A stretch of DNA of 35,246 bases from an uncultured Gammaproteobacteria bacterium. GTDB lineage: Bacteria; Patescibacteriota; Patescibacteriia; Magasanikbacterales; GWA2-37-8. The notes under the pieces were generated by a model. That model was not told the DNA's origin and made no database searches. It saw nothing but the letters and a program-made list of their open reading frames with translations. A program made the translations under genes and the position numbers. This document shows positions 15,543 to 23,775 of this stretch, piece by piece; position 1 is the stretch's first letter; each line of letters begins with the position of its first letter. The stretch is from NCBI GenBank assembly GCA_964477455.1, contig CAYZHG010000106.1, positions 1-35,246 of the forward strand, given 5' to 3'.

Positions 15543-17993
15543 ATGAAAATATTTACCAAGGTAATAATATTTGTTTCAATATCAACATTGGCTATTGTTG
15601 TTGGTTTGTTTTTTGCAAGTCCAACCAAAGCTTTTCCTCCAACACCTTTAACAGTAAATCTTGGTCTTGCTGATAGTTTTGCTATCTTGGCTGGTTCGGC
15701 AGTTACCAACGTTCCTACATCCATAATTACTGGAAATCTTGGTTTGAGTCCAGCGGCTGGTAGTTTTTATGATGGTGGTGTAACACAAGCGCAGGTTTCT
15801 GGGACGATTTATACAACTAATGCGGCAGGTCCAGCAGGATATGTAATGGATCCAACTTTATTGACTGCTGCCAAGCAAGATATAACCGATGCGATTACCG
15901 ATGCTTCTGGACGAACACCATACACTGTTCTTGCCACTCCTGAACTTGGGGGTGCTACTACCACCGCTGGCCTATATACGTATGGTACTTTGCAGGTTAC
16001 CGGTGTCTTAACATTGGATGGACAAGGTGATCCTGATGCAGTTTTTATTTTTAAAGCCGATACTACTTTAACAACAGCGGCAAGTAGTGAAGTGCGGTTG
16101 GTTAATGGTGCCAATGCCTGTAATGTTTTTTGGGTTGTAGGCACATCAAATGGAACGCTTGGAACAAATTCGATTTTCAAGGGAACAATTTTAGCAGATC
16201 AATCAATTTCACTTTTGACTGGAGCTAATGTGGTAGGAAGATTGTTGGCATTTACTGGCGGTGTCACTTTGCAAGGAAATACTATCACCAAACCAACTTG
16301 TTCGCTTGCCGCCCCAACTCTACAACTTTTAAAAACTGTGACAAATGATAATGGTGGTACAGCGACCAATACAGCTTGGACCCTTACCGCTACGGGTGCT
16401 AGCGGTTCACCTACAAATTTATCTGGTACTACCACCGTTAGTAGTGGTGTATCATTTCAAGCTGACACCTACACATTAGCCGAAAATGGTGGACCTACTG
16501 GTTATGCTTCTAGTACCTATAGTTGTGTTAAAAATGGTGTAACAACTGTTAGTAATACCATAACTTTAGTTGCTGGCGATGTTGCAGTTTGTACTATAAA
16601 TAATAATGACATAGCGCCACAACTTACAATCACTAAAACTGTCAATAATACTCATGGCGGTATAAAAACCACTTCTAGTTTTTCTTACTATATAGACGGC
16701 GTGACTACAACTTTAGGAGTGGCAAGTACAACTTCTATTGGTGTTCATACCGTATCTGAATCTGCTGATTCTGGCTATTTGGCTACTTATGGTGGTGATT
16801 GTTCTTCGACTGGTACAACAACACTTTCAATAGGTGAATCTAAAACTTGTACAATTACCAATAATGACATTGCGCCTTTACTCACTGTGACAAAAGTTGT
16901 TGTAAATGATAGTGGTCATGGAAATAAAATAATTTCTGACTTTTCATTATTTATTGATGGCTTCAGTGTAGTTTCAAGTATTGCTAGTACAACTTCCGTT
17001 GGACTTCATACTGTATCGGAAACCGCTGATTCTGGTTATACTTCGGTGATTGGTGGTGATTGTAATGCGGATGGCACAATTACATTGGAAGTGGGAGCGG
17101 TAAAAATTTGTACTATCACAAATAATGATATTATATTAACATCGAGTGGTGCAAGTGGTGGAAGTGGGAGTAATTATAATTTAATACCGGTGCCGCCACT
17201 TATTGATGTTGTAAAAGTGCCGAGTCCGCTCGCTTTGCCAGGTGGTCCTGGTTTGGTCACCTATACCTACACTTTGCGGAATGTTGGTACTGTTTCAGTC
17301 AACAATATTAAATTACTCGATGATTCGTGTAGTTCATTGTATCTTATTTCTGGAGATGTAAATGGAAATTCAAAACTCGAAAAAACAGAAATATGGAAAT
17401 ACCGTTGTTCAGTTAAACTTACAAAAACTCATACCAACATTGTTGTTGCAACCGGTTGGGCAAATGGGATTAGTGCCACAGATATTGCAAATGCAACTGT
17501 TGTAGTTGGTCTGTCAGTGGTACCACCGCTGATTCATGTTACAAAAATTCCTAGTCCGCTTGCTTTGCTTGCTGAAGGTGGTTATGTTACATATACCGAA
17601 ACAATTACAAATCCTGGTAAAGTCACATTGAATAATGTTCGCCTTACTGATGATAAATGTAAACCAGTAAAATATATTTCTGGTGATTTAAATAATAACA
17701 ATAAATTGGAAACTTCTGAGACATGGGTTTACACATGTAAATCAAATCTTACAAAAACTACTACTAATACGGCTGTTGCTACCGGTGAGGCCAATGGTTT
17801 GGTAGCTAGAGATTTTGCAATAGCGACAGTCGTAGTGGACCCAATTGGTGTTACGGTTTTATCTTCCGCTATAGTTGTGCCAAAATTACCAAATACAGGT
17901 TCGGATCCTCTAGAGAATACATTAATTTGGTCGGTTACCTTAGTTGGAATACTTTCTTCTCTAACCGCCGTCTATATATTTTTGAAAAAATAA
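15543..17993 (+). CDS. large LPXTG-anchored surface protein: DUF3494 (ice-binding-like) head plus five repeated Ig-like/beta-sandwich modules
   Basis: 816 aa with a signal peptide. LGLADSFAILAGSAVTNVPTSIITGNLGLSPAAG marks the DUF3494 head. There are three modules ending in C-TI(T/N)NNDI and two modules with the VTYTYT..N.G...L.N..L.DD.C pattern. The C-terminus is PKLPNTGS, then a TM helix, then KK. Confidence 0.87.
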   Translation: MKIFTKVIIFVSISTLAIVVGLFFASPTKAFPPTPLTVNLGLADSFAILAGSAVTNVPTSIITGNLGLSPAAGSFYDGGVTQAQVSGTIYTTNAAGPAGYVMDPTLLTAAKQDITDAITDASGRTPYTVLATPELGGATTTAGLYTYGTLQVTGVLTLDGQGDPDAVFIFKADTTLTTAASSEVRLVNGANACNVFWVVGTSNGTLGTNSIFKGTILADQSISLLTGANVVGRLLAFTGGVTLQGNTITKPTCSLAAPTLQLLKTVTNDNGGTATNTAWTLTATGASGSPTNLSGTTTVSSGVSFQADTYTLAENGGPTGYASSTYSCVKNGVTTVSNTITLVAGDVAVCTINNNDIAPQLTITKTVNNTHGGIKTTSSFSYYIDGVTTTLGVASTTSIGVHTVSESADSGYLATYGGDCSSTGTTTLSIGESKTCTITNNDIAPLLTVTKVVVNDSGHGNKIISDFSLFIDGFSVVSSIASTTSVGLHTVSETADSGYTSVIGGDCNADGTITLEVGAVKICTITNNDIILTSSGASGGSGSNYNLIPVPPLIDVVKVPSPLALPGGPGLVTYTYTLRNVGTVSVNNIKLLDDSCSSLYLISGDVNGNSKLEKTEIWKYRCSVKLTKTHTNIVVATGWANGISATDIANATVVVGLSVVPPLIHVTKIPSPLALLAEGGYVTYTETITNPGKVTLNNVRLTDDKCKPVKYISGDLNNNNKLETSETWVYTCKSNLTKTTTNTAVATGEANGLVARDFAIATVVVDPIGVTVLSSAIVVPKLPNTGSDPLENTLIWSVTLVGILSSLTAVYIFLKK
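16311..17135 (+). repeat. three tandem intragenic domain repeats (about 88-100 codons each)
   Basis: aa 257-357, 358-445 and 446-531. Each begins (I)AP.LT.TK.V and ends with a Cys followed by TI(T/N)NNDI. Confidence 0.7.
17187..17837 (+). repeat. two tandem intragenic domain repeats (about 107 codons each)
   Basis: aa 549-655 and 659-765. Both start VPPLI.V.K.PSPLAL and contain SGD.N.N.KLE..E.W.Y.C...LTKT.TN..VATG.ANG. Confidence 0.7.
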
Positions 17994-18021
17994 ATTGTTT
18001 ATTCATCTAACAAAAAATATT

Positions 18022-18408
18022 ATGAGTTATAATACTAATATTATAAAAGACACAGAAGCTAATGACAATTTTCGTCGCGTTTTATTTACTGGTAAAAATA
18101 GTCAGTTGGTCGTGATGAGTATTCCGCTTGGTGGTGAAGTTGGAGAAGAAACACATGAGCACACTGAACAAACTATTTTCTTTCTCTCTGGGACTGGCGA
18201 AGCAATACTTGATGACAAATCATTTCCAATTGTATCTGGCGATGTCGTAGTCGTGACTCCAGGAACAAAACACAATTTTAAAAATAACGGTAATCAAGAC
18301 TTAAAAATCTATACTACTTACGCTCCTCCAAATCATATTGATGGACGTATTCATCGTACCAAAGCTGATGCGGATGCAGACCTAGCTGACGAAGCGATTG
18401 GAGAATAA
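18022..18408 (+). CDS. cupin domain protein (metal-binding)
   Basis: Cupin motif 1 is GEETHEHTEQTIFFLSG and motif 2 is GDVVVVTPGTKHNFKN. I prefer the ATG at 18022 over the track's TTG at 17995. Confidence 0.8.
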   Translation: MSYNTNIIKDTEANDNFRRVLFTGKNSQLVVMSIPLGGEVGEETHEHTEQTIFFLSGTGEAILDDKSFPIVSGDVVVVTPGTKHNFKNNGNQDLKIYTTYAPPNHIDGRIHRTKADADADLADEAIGE

Positions 18409-18422
18409 AATTTGAGAAAATT

Positions 18423-18941
18423 ATGTCATTAAAAAATTTATTAGTAATATTTTTATTATCTTTTTCTTTTATTTTACCAGTTCAAGCCGCCTCTGAAATT
18501 GGATTGCCTGTTCGTCTTAAGATTCCGAAAATAAAAGTTAATGCTATTGTTGAAAGTGTTGGTCTGTTGCCAAATGGAGCGATGGGTGTGCCAAAAATTC
18601 CGCGTAATGCTGGTTGGTATAAACTAGGTCCACGTCCAGGTGAAATTGGCAGTGCGGCCATAGCTGGTCACCTAAATTGGTGGAATGGTGCTGTTTCTGT
18701 ATTTGCAAAATTAAGTAAATTAAAACTTGGTGACAAAATTATTGTGCAGGATAAGAACGGTATAGACATTGTCTTTGTTGTGCGTAAAATAAGCTTGCTT
18801 GGCTCGCAAGAAGATGCTTCTGAAGTATTTGTTTCAGATGATGGAATGGCGCATCTCAATTTAATTACTTGTGGAGGTACATGGAATAAAATTACTAAAC
18901 AGTATTCCAAAAGACTAGTCATATTTGCGGATAAGGAATAA
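18423..18941 (+). CDS. sortase family transpeptidase (second copy)
   Basis: 172 aa with a signal/anchor sequence. Contains AIAGHLN (His), LNLITCGG (Cys) and KRLVIFA (Arg). Clearly paralogous to the product of 14851..15504. Confidence 0.85.
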   Translation: MSLKNLLVIFLLSFSFILPVQAASEIGLPVRLKIPKIKVNAIVESVGLLPNGAMGVPKIPRNAGWYKLGPRPGEIGSAAIAGHLNWWNGAVSVFAKLSKLKLGDKIIVQDKNGIDIVFVVRKISLLGSQEDASEVFVSDDGMAHLNLITCGGTWNKITKQYSKRLVIFADKE

Positions 18942-18955
18942 ATTTATTCTCAAAT

Positions 18956-20269
18956 TTATATTCCTTCCAACATTAACATTGGAATATTCAGTCGTCGTCT
19001 TTTTGTCTCGCCTAAAAATAAGCTGTTTTTTCGTGATGGATCATCACCGCGTTCGTTTGAATGTGTTTCTAAGTTGTGTGCTTTCCAACTGGTACCTAAA
19101 TACAAAGAGTGTTTTCCGTATTTTGCTGCGGCCGCATCAGTGCTGGCATAAACTTTTTGCATTCTTTCCAATCTCACAGTTTCTTTAAATAAATCTGGCT
19201 GTAAAACCATTGGAGTTAAATCACAAGTCACAATCCCTGTCGCCCGATAGAGGATGTTTTTTTTATATATTTTCGTGAATATTTTTTTGACTTCTCTTAA
19301 TATTTCTGACGGCAAATTGGTAGGACGTTCTAATTGAATTTCAAAAATATTGTGTTCAAATTGTTGGGTGCGTAAAAAAATAGTTATTTTTTTAGTCGCT
19401 TGGTTATAGCGACGAAGTTTAATGCAGGCATTTTCAATATTTTTGGATAATTGGGAATATACAAAATCGGCGTCGCAGGACGGAGGAGTGAAAGTTCTAA
19501 ATTTTTGGATTGACCCATAACTAGTTTTTTCATTTTCAAACAGTGGCATGACAAATTCACCATTGAGTTCTTTCCAGATATCAAAAAATGGACGCGCTAA
19601 AGCAAGGTTTACAAAATCTTCTTTGGCGTTAGCAAATTTTAAAGCGGTATTATATCCATAGCCAATAAGCTTCGTGCTAGTTTGTGGCCCGATACCCCAG
19701 ATTTTTTCTATTGGTAAATTTTCTAAATATCGAGGAATATCACTTAAAGAAATAATAGTTAGTCCGTAAGGTTTTTTATGTTTGGAGCCAAGTTTGGCTA
19801 AAATTTTATTGGGAGCTAGGCCAATAGAAAAAGTAAATCCAAGTTCTTTGTTCAATGTTTCTTGTAAATGTTTGGCAATCTCGGCGTAGCTCATTTTTAG
19901 GGGCTTGTCCCAACCGGTAATATCAGCAAAACATTCATCAATGCCATATTCTTCAACATCGGCGGTATAGCGTCGTACGATAGTGTAGAAACGTTTGGAA
20001 AGTAAACTGTAAGTTTCATAATCCGAAGGTAGTAGAATTGCCTCAGGACAAAGTTTTTTAATTTCCCAAAGTGGCATAGCACGAGTGATGCCCATCGCCT
20101 TGGCTTCGTAGCTCATCGATGAAGCAATACCACGCTCTTTACCGGTAATCACTGGTTTACCTCTAAGAGCGGGATTTCGAGATTGTTCACAAGACGCAAA
20201 AAAAGCATCGCCATCAATGTGAATGATGGCGCGGGGAAAAAGTTGAGATTTTGAAAAAATATTTTTCAC
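18956..20269 (-). CDS. Y-family DNA polymerase (UmuC/DinB-like translesion polymerase)
   Basis: 437 aa with a GTG start. Contains IIHIDGDAFFASCE and YGIDECFADITG, and shows the typical palm/fingers order. The start overlaps the lexA stop by 4 nt (GTGA). Confidence 0.88.
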   Translation of the reverse strand: MKNIFSKSQLFPRAIIHIDGDAFFASCEQSRNPALRGKPVITGKERGIASSMSYEAKAMGITRAMPLWEIKKLCPEAILLPSDYETYSLLSKRFYTIVRRYTADVEEYGIDECFADITGWDKPLKMSYAEIAKHLQETLNKELGFTFSIGLAPNKILAKLGSKHKKPYGLTIISLSDIPRYLENLPIEKIWGIGPQTSTKLIGYGYNTALKFANAKEDFVNLALARPFFDIWKELNGEFVMPLFENEKTSYGSIQKFRTFTPPSCDADFVYSQLSKNIENACIKLRRYNQATKKITIFLRTQQFEHNIFEIQLERPTNLPSEILREVKKIFTKIYKKNILYRATGIVTCDLTPMVLQPDLFKETVRLERMQKVYASTDAAAAKYGKHSLYLGTSWKAHNLETHSNERGDDPSRKNSLFLGETKRRRLNIPMLMLEGI

Positions 20270-20841
20270 GTATGATATTTACGAATAACAGCGGTTACAA
20301 CGGCGGCAATATTTAATTCATCTTTTGGAATTATTGGGTTGTATTTTTTGTTGGCTGGCATCAACACAACTTGATTGCCGTGTTTTTCAAAATATTTTAA
20401 TGTCCATTGGGTGTCCACTTCGGCCACGACGACGTCGCCATTTTTTGGTGTGCGTCCACGTTCGACGAGTAACATATCACCAGGACGAATACCGGCGTCA
20501 ATCATGGAATCTCCAGAAACTTTTAACATGAAAGTAGACTCACGGTTTTTTATTAACCATTCTTCCAGACCGATAGTATCTACCAATTCTTCTTCGGCCG
20601 GAGATGGCCAACCAGCTTCCACGGTACCAAGCAGTGGAACAGTAAGAAAACGACGACCAGGGACAATTTTGCCTGCTTGGTCACGAATAAGTAGTTCGGT
20701 TGCAATGAGACGTTCTATCAACCGGTAAACAGAATTTTTTGATTTGAAACCGGTTAGCTTCATTATTTCCTGATAAGACGGCAAACGGTGGTGCTTTTCG
20801 AAAAAGGCGACAATAGTAGAAAAATATTTTGGTGTTATCAT
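20266..20841 (-). CDS. lexA: LexA-type SOS repressor (wHTH + S24 peptidase)
   Basis: 191 aa. N-terminal wHTH PSYQEIMKLTGFKSKNSVYRLIERL, an Ala-Gly cleavage-site context GTVEAGWPSPA, the Ser motif VSGDSM and the Lys motif WTLKYF. Confidence 0.85.
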   Translation of the reverse strand: MITPKYFSTIVAFFEKHHRLPSYQEIMKLTGFKSKNSVYRLIERLIATELLIRDQAGKIVPGRRFLTVPLLGTVEAGWPSPAEEELVDTIGLEEWLIKNRESTFMLKVSGDSMIDAGIRPGDMLLVERGRTPKNGDVVVAEVDTQWTLKYFEKHGNQVVLMPANKKYNPIIPKDELNIAAVVTAVIRKYHT

Positions 20842-20849
20842 ATATCTAT

Positions 20850-20878
20850 ATTATAGTGAACGATTGTTCACTTGTCAA
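20850..20878 (-). promoter_or_regulatory. consensus sigma70 promoter of the lexA-polymerase operon with the SOS box filling the spacer
   Basis: On the minus strand: TTGACA (20878-20873), a 17-nt spacer, then TATAAT (20855-20850). Only 8 nt separate the -10 from the ATG at 20841. Confidence 0.72.
20855..20872. promoter_or_regulatory. SOS box of the Gram-positive (Cheo) type
   Basis: AGTGAAC-GATT-GTTCACT has perfect 7-bp inverted arms and contains GAAC-N4-GTTC. It lies 14 nt upstream of the lexA ATG. Confidence 0.78.
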
Positions 20879-20970
20879 TTGTATGTTTAAATAGCATAAA
20901 ATCTTTCGATTATGTAATAGATATGATAGAATTATAAAATGAATAAATATTATCAATCAAATTTTTGTAT

Positions 20971-21534
20971 ATGCAGTTTGTAGAACAAATTATTCAAGCC
21001 GACATACATTTCAATATTTTACTACACGCCATTCGCAATGCGTCAGCAGTAAAATTTTTTATTTGGATCACTTTGCTCGGTCAAGCCACTACAATTATAA
21101 TTTTTACACTGATCGTTTCGACCATATTGTGGCTAACACGAGAAAAATGGTATATACTTGCGCTTTGGCTTATTATTCTGAGTAGTGAAGCGTTTACTTT
21201 TTTAGCAAAATTAATTTTTAATCGCGCAAGACCTGAAGGGGCTGTTTTTCTGGAAAGTACCAATTCATTTCCGAGCGGTCATGCGACCATTGCCGTTGCT
21301 TTTTATGGTTTTATTGCGTATCTTCTTCTAAAGAAAATCAAAAGTAAGTTTTGTAGTTTTCTAATTATTTTATTTACTTTGATAATAATAATTGCAATTG
21401 GGTTTAGTCGATTATATTTGGGTGTGCACTATATTAGTGATGTTTTGGCTGGTTATTTGGTTGGATTGGTATGGCTTATTATAGGAATTTCATTAAAAAA
21501 ATATTATGTATCCATTGCATGTAAAAAATGTTAG
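20971..21534 (+). CDS. PAP2-family phosphatase (undecaprenyl-diphosphate phosphatase-like, BcrC-like)
   Basis: Motifs KLIFNRARP, PSGH and SRLYLGVHYISDV, with multiple TM helices. I prefer the ATG at 20971 over the track's TTG at 20965. Confidence 0.85.
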   Translation: MQFVEQIIQADIHFNILLHAIRNASAVKFFIWITLLGQATTIIIFTLIVSTILWLTREKWYILALWLIILSSEAFTFLAKLIFNRARPEGAVFLESTNSFPSGHATIAVAFYGFIAYLLLKKIKSKFCSFLIILFTLIIIIAIGFSRLYLGVHYISDVLAGYLVGLVWLIIGISLKKYYVSIACKKC

Positions 21535-22408
21535 TAAAGTATTTAAGGATTCAAAAGGCGGTGAATTTAAGGCAGTTGATGATGTATCACTAAATATTGA
21601 ACCTGGTAAAATATACGGCTTGCTTGGTCCAAACGGCGCTGGCAAATCCACACTAATAAATATGATTAGTGGTATTTTAACGCCAGATATTGGTACAATT
21701 AGCGTCTTTGGTTTAGACGTAGTAAAAGAAACTGAAAAATCTAAAAAAATGATTGGTGTAGTTCCTCAAGAAATCGTGGTGGAAATGGCATTTACTGTAA
21801 AAGAAGTTTTGTATTATTTTGCTGGTATGTATGGTGTATCACACGAAGAGCGGGAAAAAAGAATTCCAGAAATTCTTAAAGAACTAAGTCTGGAAGATAA
21901 AATGAATGATCGAGCGCGAAATTTATCTGGTGGTATGAAACGACGTCTGATGATTGCAAAAGCAATGATTCACCGTCCGAAGTTACTTATTTTAGATGAA
22001 CCTACTGCTGGAGTAGATGTATCGTTGCGACAGAAAATTTGGCAATTGGTGCGTCGTCTCAATGCAGAAGGTACAACAATTTTATTTACCACTCATTATC
22101 TGGAAGAAGCCGAACAACTTTGTGAATCTATTATGTTGATTGATCACGGACGAGTTATCAAAAGCGGAAAACTCAAAGATATCCAAAATGAATTTTCCAA
22201 AAATGCAATCCATTTTGAGTTGTTCGATCGTTTTGTATCACATTTGCCAGGAGTAATTGAATTGGGAAGCGAATATGAATTTCCAATGACAAATCTTGGA
22301 GTGGATATGAGATCAATTACCAAGCATTACGAAGGTAATCTGAAAGCGATTCGCTCTGAGTCAGCGTCACTTGAACAAATATTTTTGAAACTCACTAATA
22401 GTAATTAA
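21506..22408 (+). CDS. ABC transporter ATP-binding protein
   Basis: Walker A GPNGAGKST, signature LSGGMKRRL, Walker B LLILDEPT. Overlaps the end of the PAP2 gene by 29 nt. Confidence 0.9.
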   Translation: MYPLHVKNVSKVFKDSKGGEFKAVDDVSLNIEPGKIYGLLGPNGAGKSTLINMISGILTPDIGTISVFGLDVVKETEKSKKMIGVVPQEIVVEMAFTVKEVLYYFAGMYGVSHEEREKRIPEILKELSLEDKMNDRARNLSGGMKRRLMIAKAMIHRPKLLILDEPTAGVDVSLRQKIWQLVRRLNAEGTTILFTTHYLEEAEQLCESIMLIDHGRVIKSGKLKDIQNEFSKNAIHFELFDRFVSHLPGVIELGSEYEFPMTNLGVDMRSITKHYEGNLKAIRSESASLEQIFLKLTNSN

Positions 22409-22410
22409 TT

Positions 22411-23160
22411 ATGAATACTTTTATGTGGGCCTTATATGCCCGAGAGGTAAAACGGTTTCAAAAAATTTGGATGGATACAGTGTTTAGTCCGATTGTATCA
22501 GTTGTTTTGTATTTAGGAGTTTTTGGAATTGTTAGTTCTGGACGCACAATCAATGGGTTACCGTATATAACTTTTGTATATGCTGGCCTGCTGGCGATGA
22601 TGGTAGTAAATAGTAGCTTTTCTAACCCGTCCTTTGCGCTTATCATTGCCAAAAATGTTGGTAGTATTATTGATCTTCAACTTGTACCAATCAAAGCTTG
22701 GCGGATTGGTGTTGCTTACGCTTTGGCAGCTTTTACTCGTGGAATCTTGACTTTGGCAATCGCCTTAATTTTTACTATTTGGTTTATTCCAGCACTGGGT
22801 CTTTATCATCCGTTGTATTTAGTTATTGCACTTTTTGTGACAGGTTTAGAATTTGGAATGTTGGGAGTCATATTTGGTTTTATGGCCAAAAATTTTGAGG
22901 CTTTAACTTTTATGACTACGTTTGTATTACAACCAATGATTTTTTTGGCGGGTGTTTTTTATCCTATCTCAACTTTACCACGACCCTGGTCAGTAATCAG
23001 TATGTTTAATCCCATTCATCATAATATTAATTTATTTCGATATGCGGTAACTGATTATTCAGATATTAATCCTCTAGTATCAATGGCAGTCATACTAGGT
23101 TTCTCTACAGTTTTGTTTATAATAATGTATTTCGTTACTAAGCGTAGTATAAAAGTTTAA
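22411..23160 (+). CDS. ABC-2 type transporter permease
   Basis: 249 aa with about 6 TM helices. Starts 2 nt after the ATPase stop. Confidence 0.85.
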   Translation: MNTFMWALYAREVKRFQKIWMDTVFSPIVSVVLYLGVFGIVSSGRTINGLPYITFVYAGLLAMMVVNSSFSNPSFALIIAKNVGSIIDLQLVPIKAWRIGVAYALAAFTRGILTLAIALIFTIWFIPALGLYHPLYLVIALFVTGLEFGMLGVIFGFMAKNFEALTFMTTFVLQPMIFLAGVFYPISTLPRPWSVISMFNPIHHNINLFRYAVTDYSDINPLVSMAVILGFSTVLFIIMYFVTKRSIKV

Positions 23161-23162
23161 TT

Positions 23163-23191
23163 AAAAAACCACTCTAACTGAGTGGTTTTTT
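23163..23191. terminator. intrinsic terminator (bidirectional shape)
   Basis: AAAAAACCACTC-taact-GAGTGGTTTTTT. Confidence 0.75.
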
Positions 23192-23212
23192 AATTTTAGT
23201 TTTTGAAGCCAA

Positions 23213-23710
23213 TTATTTTACAACCAGATTGCCAGTCATTTCGCGGTGACCTTCACCACATGGTACGCCACAACGGAATGGGAAGACGCCAAATTTGTCC
23301 GCTACGAATTCGATTGTTTGGGTTTTGTTTGGCTCCAATTTAACATTAATATTATAATCTTTTAAAATGATACTGTGAGTCACATCCACACTAGTAATTT
23401 TAATTTTCACTCTGTCGCCTTGATTTACAATAATTGTGTCGGTAGAAAATTCCCAATTTTTTGCAGTTATTGTAAATTCTCTCAGTTGACTTTCATAAAC
23501 TACTGGTTCGGCTTGTTTTTTATTATTTTCTGTTTGAGTCTGATCCATTTCAATTTTAATTTTCCCCTCTCCCTCTGGTATTGTTACATCAACTTGGTTT
23601 TGAGGTTTTGAAGTTGATTCATCGACCGATGTCGAAGAATTGCAACCAGCACCAGCCAATACTAAGGTCAATATAACCGCGCTAACTAATGATGAATATT
23701 TTTTATTCAT
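23213..23710 (-). CDS. secreted/lipoprotein-like cupredoxin domain protein with CuA-type ligand spacing
   Basis: The signal peptide ends LAGAGC. The His of DVTHSI is followed by C147-x3-C151-x3-H155-x2-M158 (FRCGVPCGEGHREM). Confidence 0.75.
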   Translation of the reverse strand: MNKKYSSLVSAVILTLVLAGAGCNSSTSVDESTSKPQNQVDVTIPEGEGKIKIEMDQTQTENNKKQAEPVVYESQLREFTITAKNWEFSTDTIIVNQGDRVKIKITSVDVTHSIILKDYNINVKLEPNKTQTIEFVADKFGVFPFRCGVPCGEGHREMTGNLVVK

Positions 23711-23775
23711 AAATATTTATTTAAATAATACTATATTAGTATATGATATATTATTTAAATTTGCAAGATAACTAA

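Noticed and set aside
15809-16435. Minus-strand ORFs of 123 aa and 78 aa inside the 816-aa surface-protein gene.
   Set aside because: They lie entirely antisense to a gene with clear domain signatures and have no motifs of their own.
18925-19188. 87-aa plus-strand ORF after the second sortase gene.
   Set aside because: It overlaps the 3' end of the convergent Y-family polymerase gene in antisense and has no motifs.
20325-20728. Plus-strand ORFs of 68 aa and 117 aa overlapping lexA.
   Set aside because: They are antisense to a gene with full LexA signatures. Their Arg/Ser/Pro-rich composition is typical of an out-of-frame reading.
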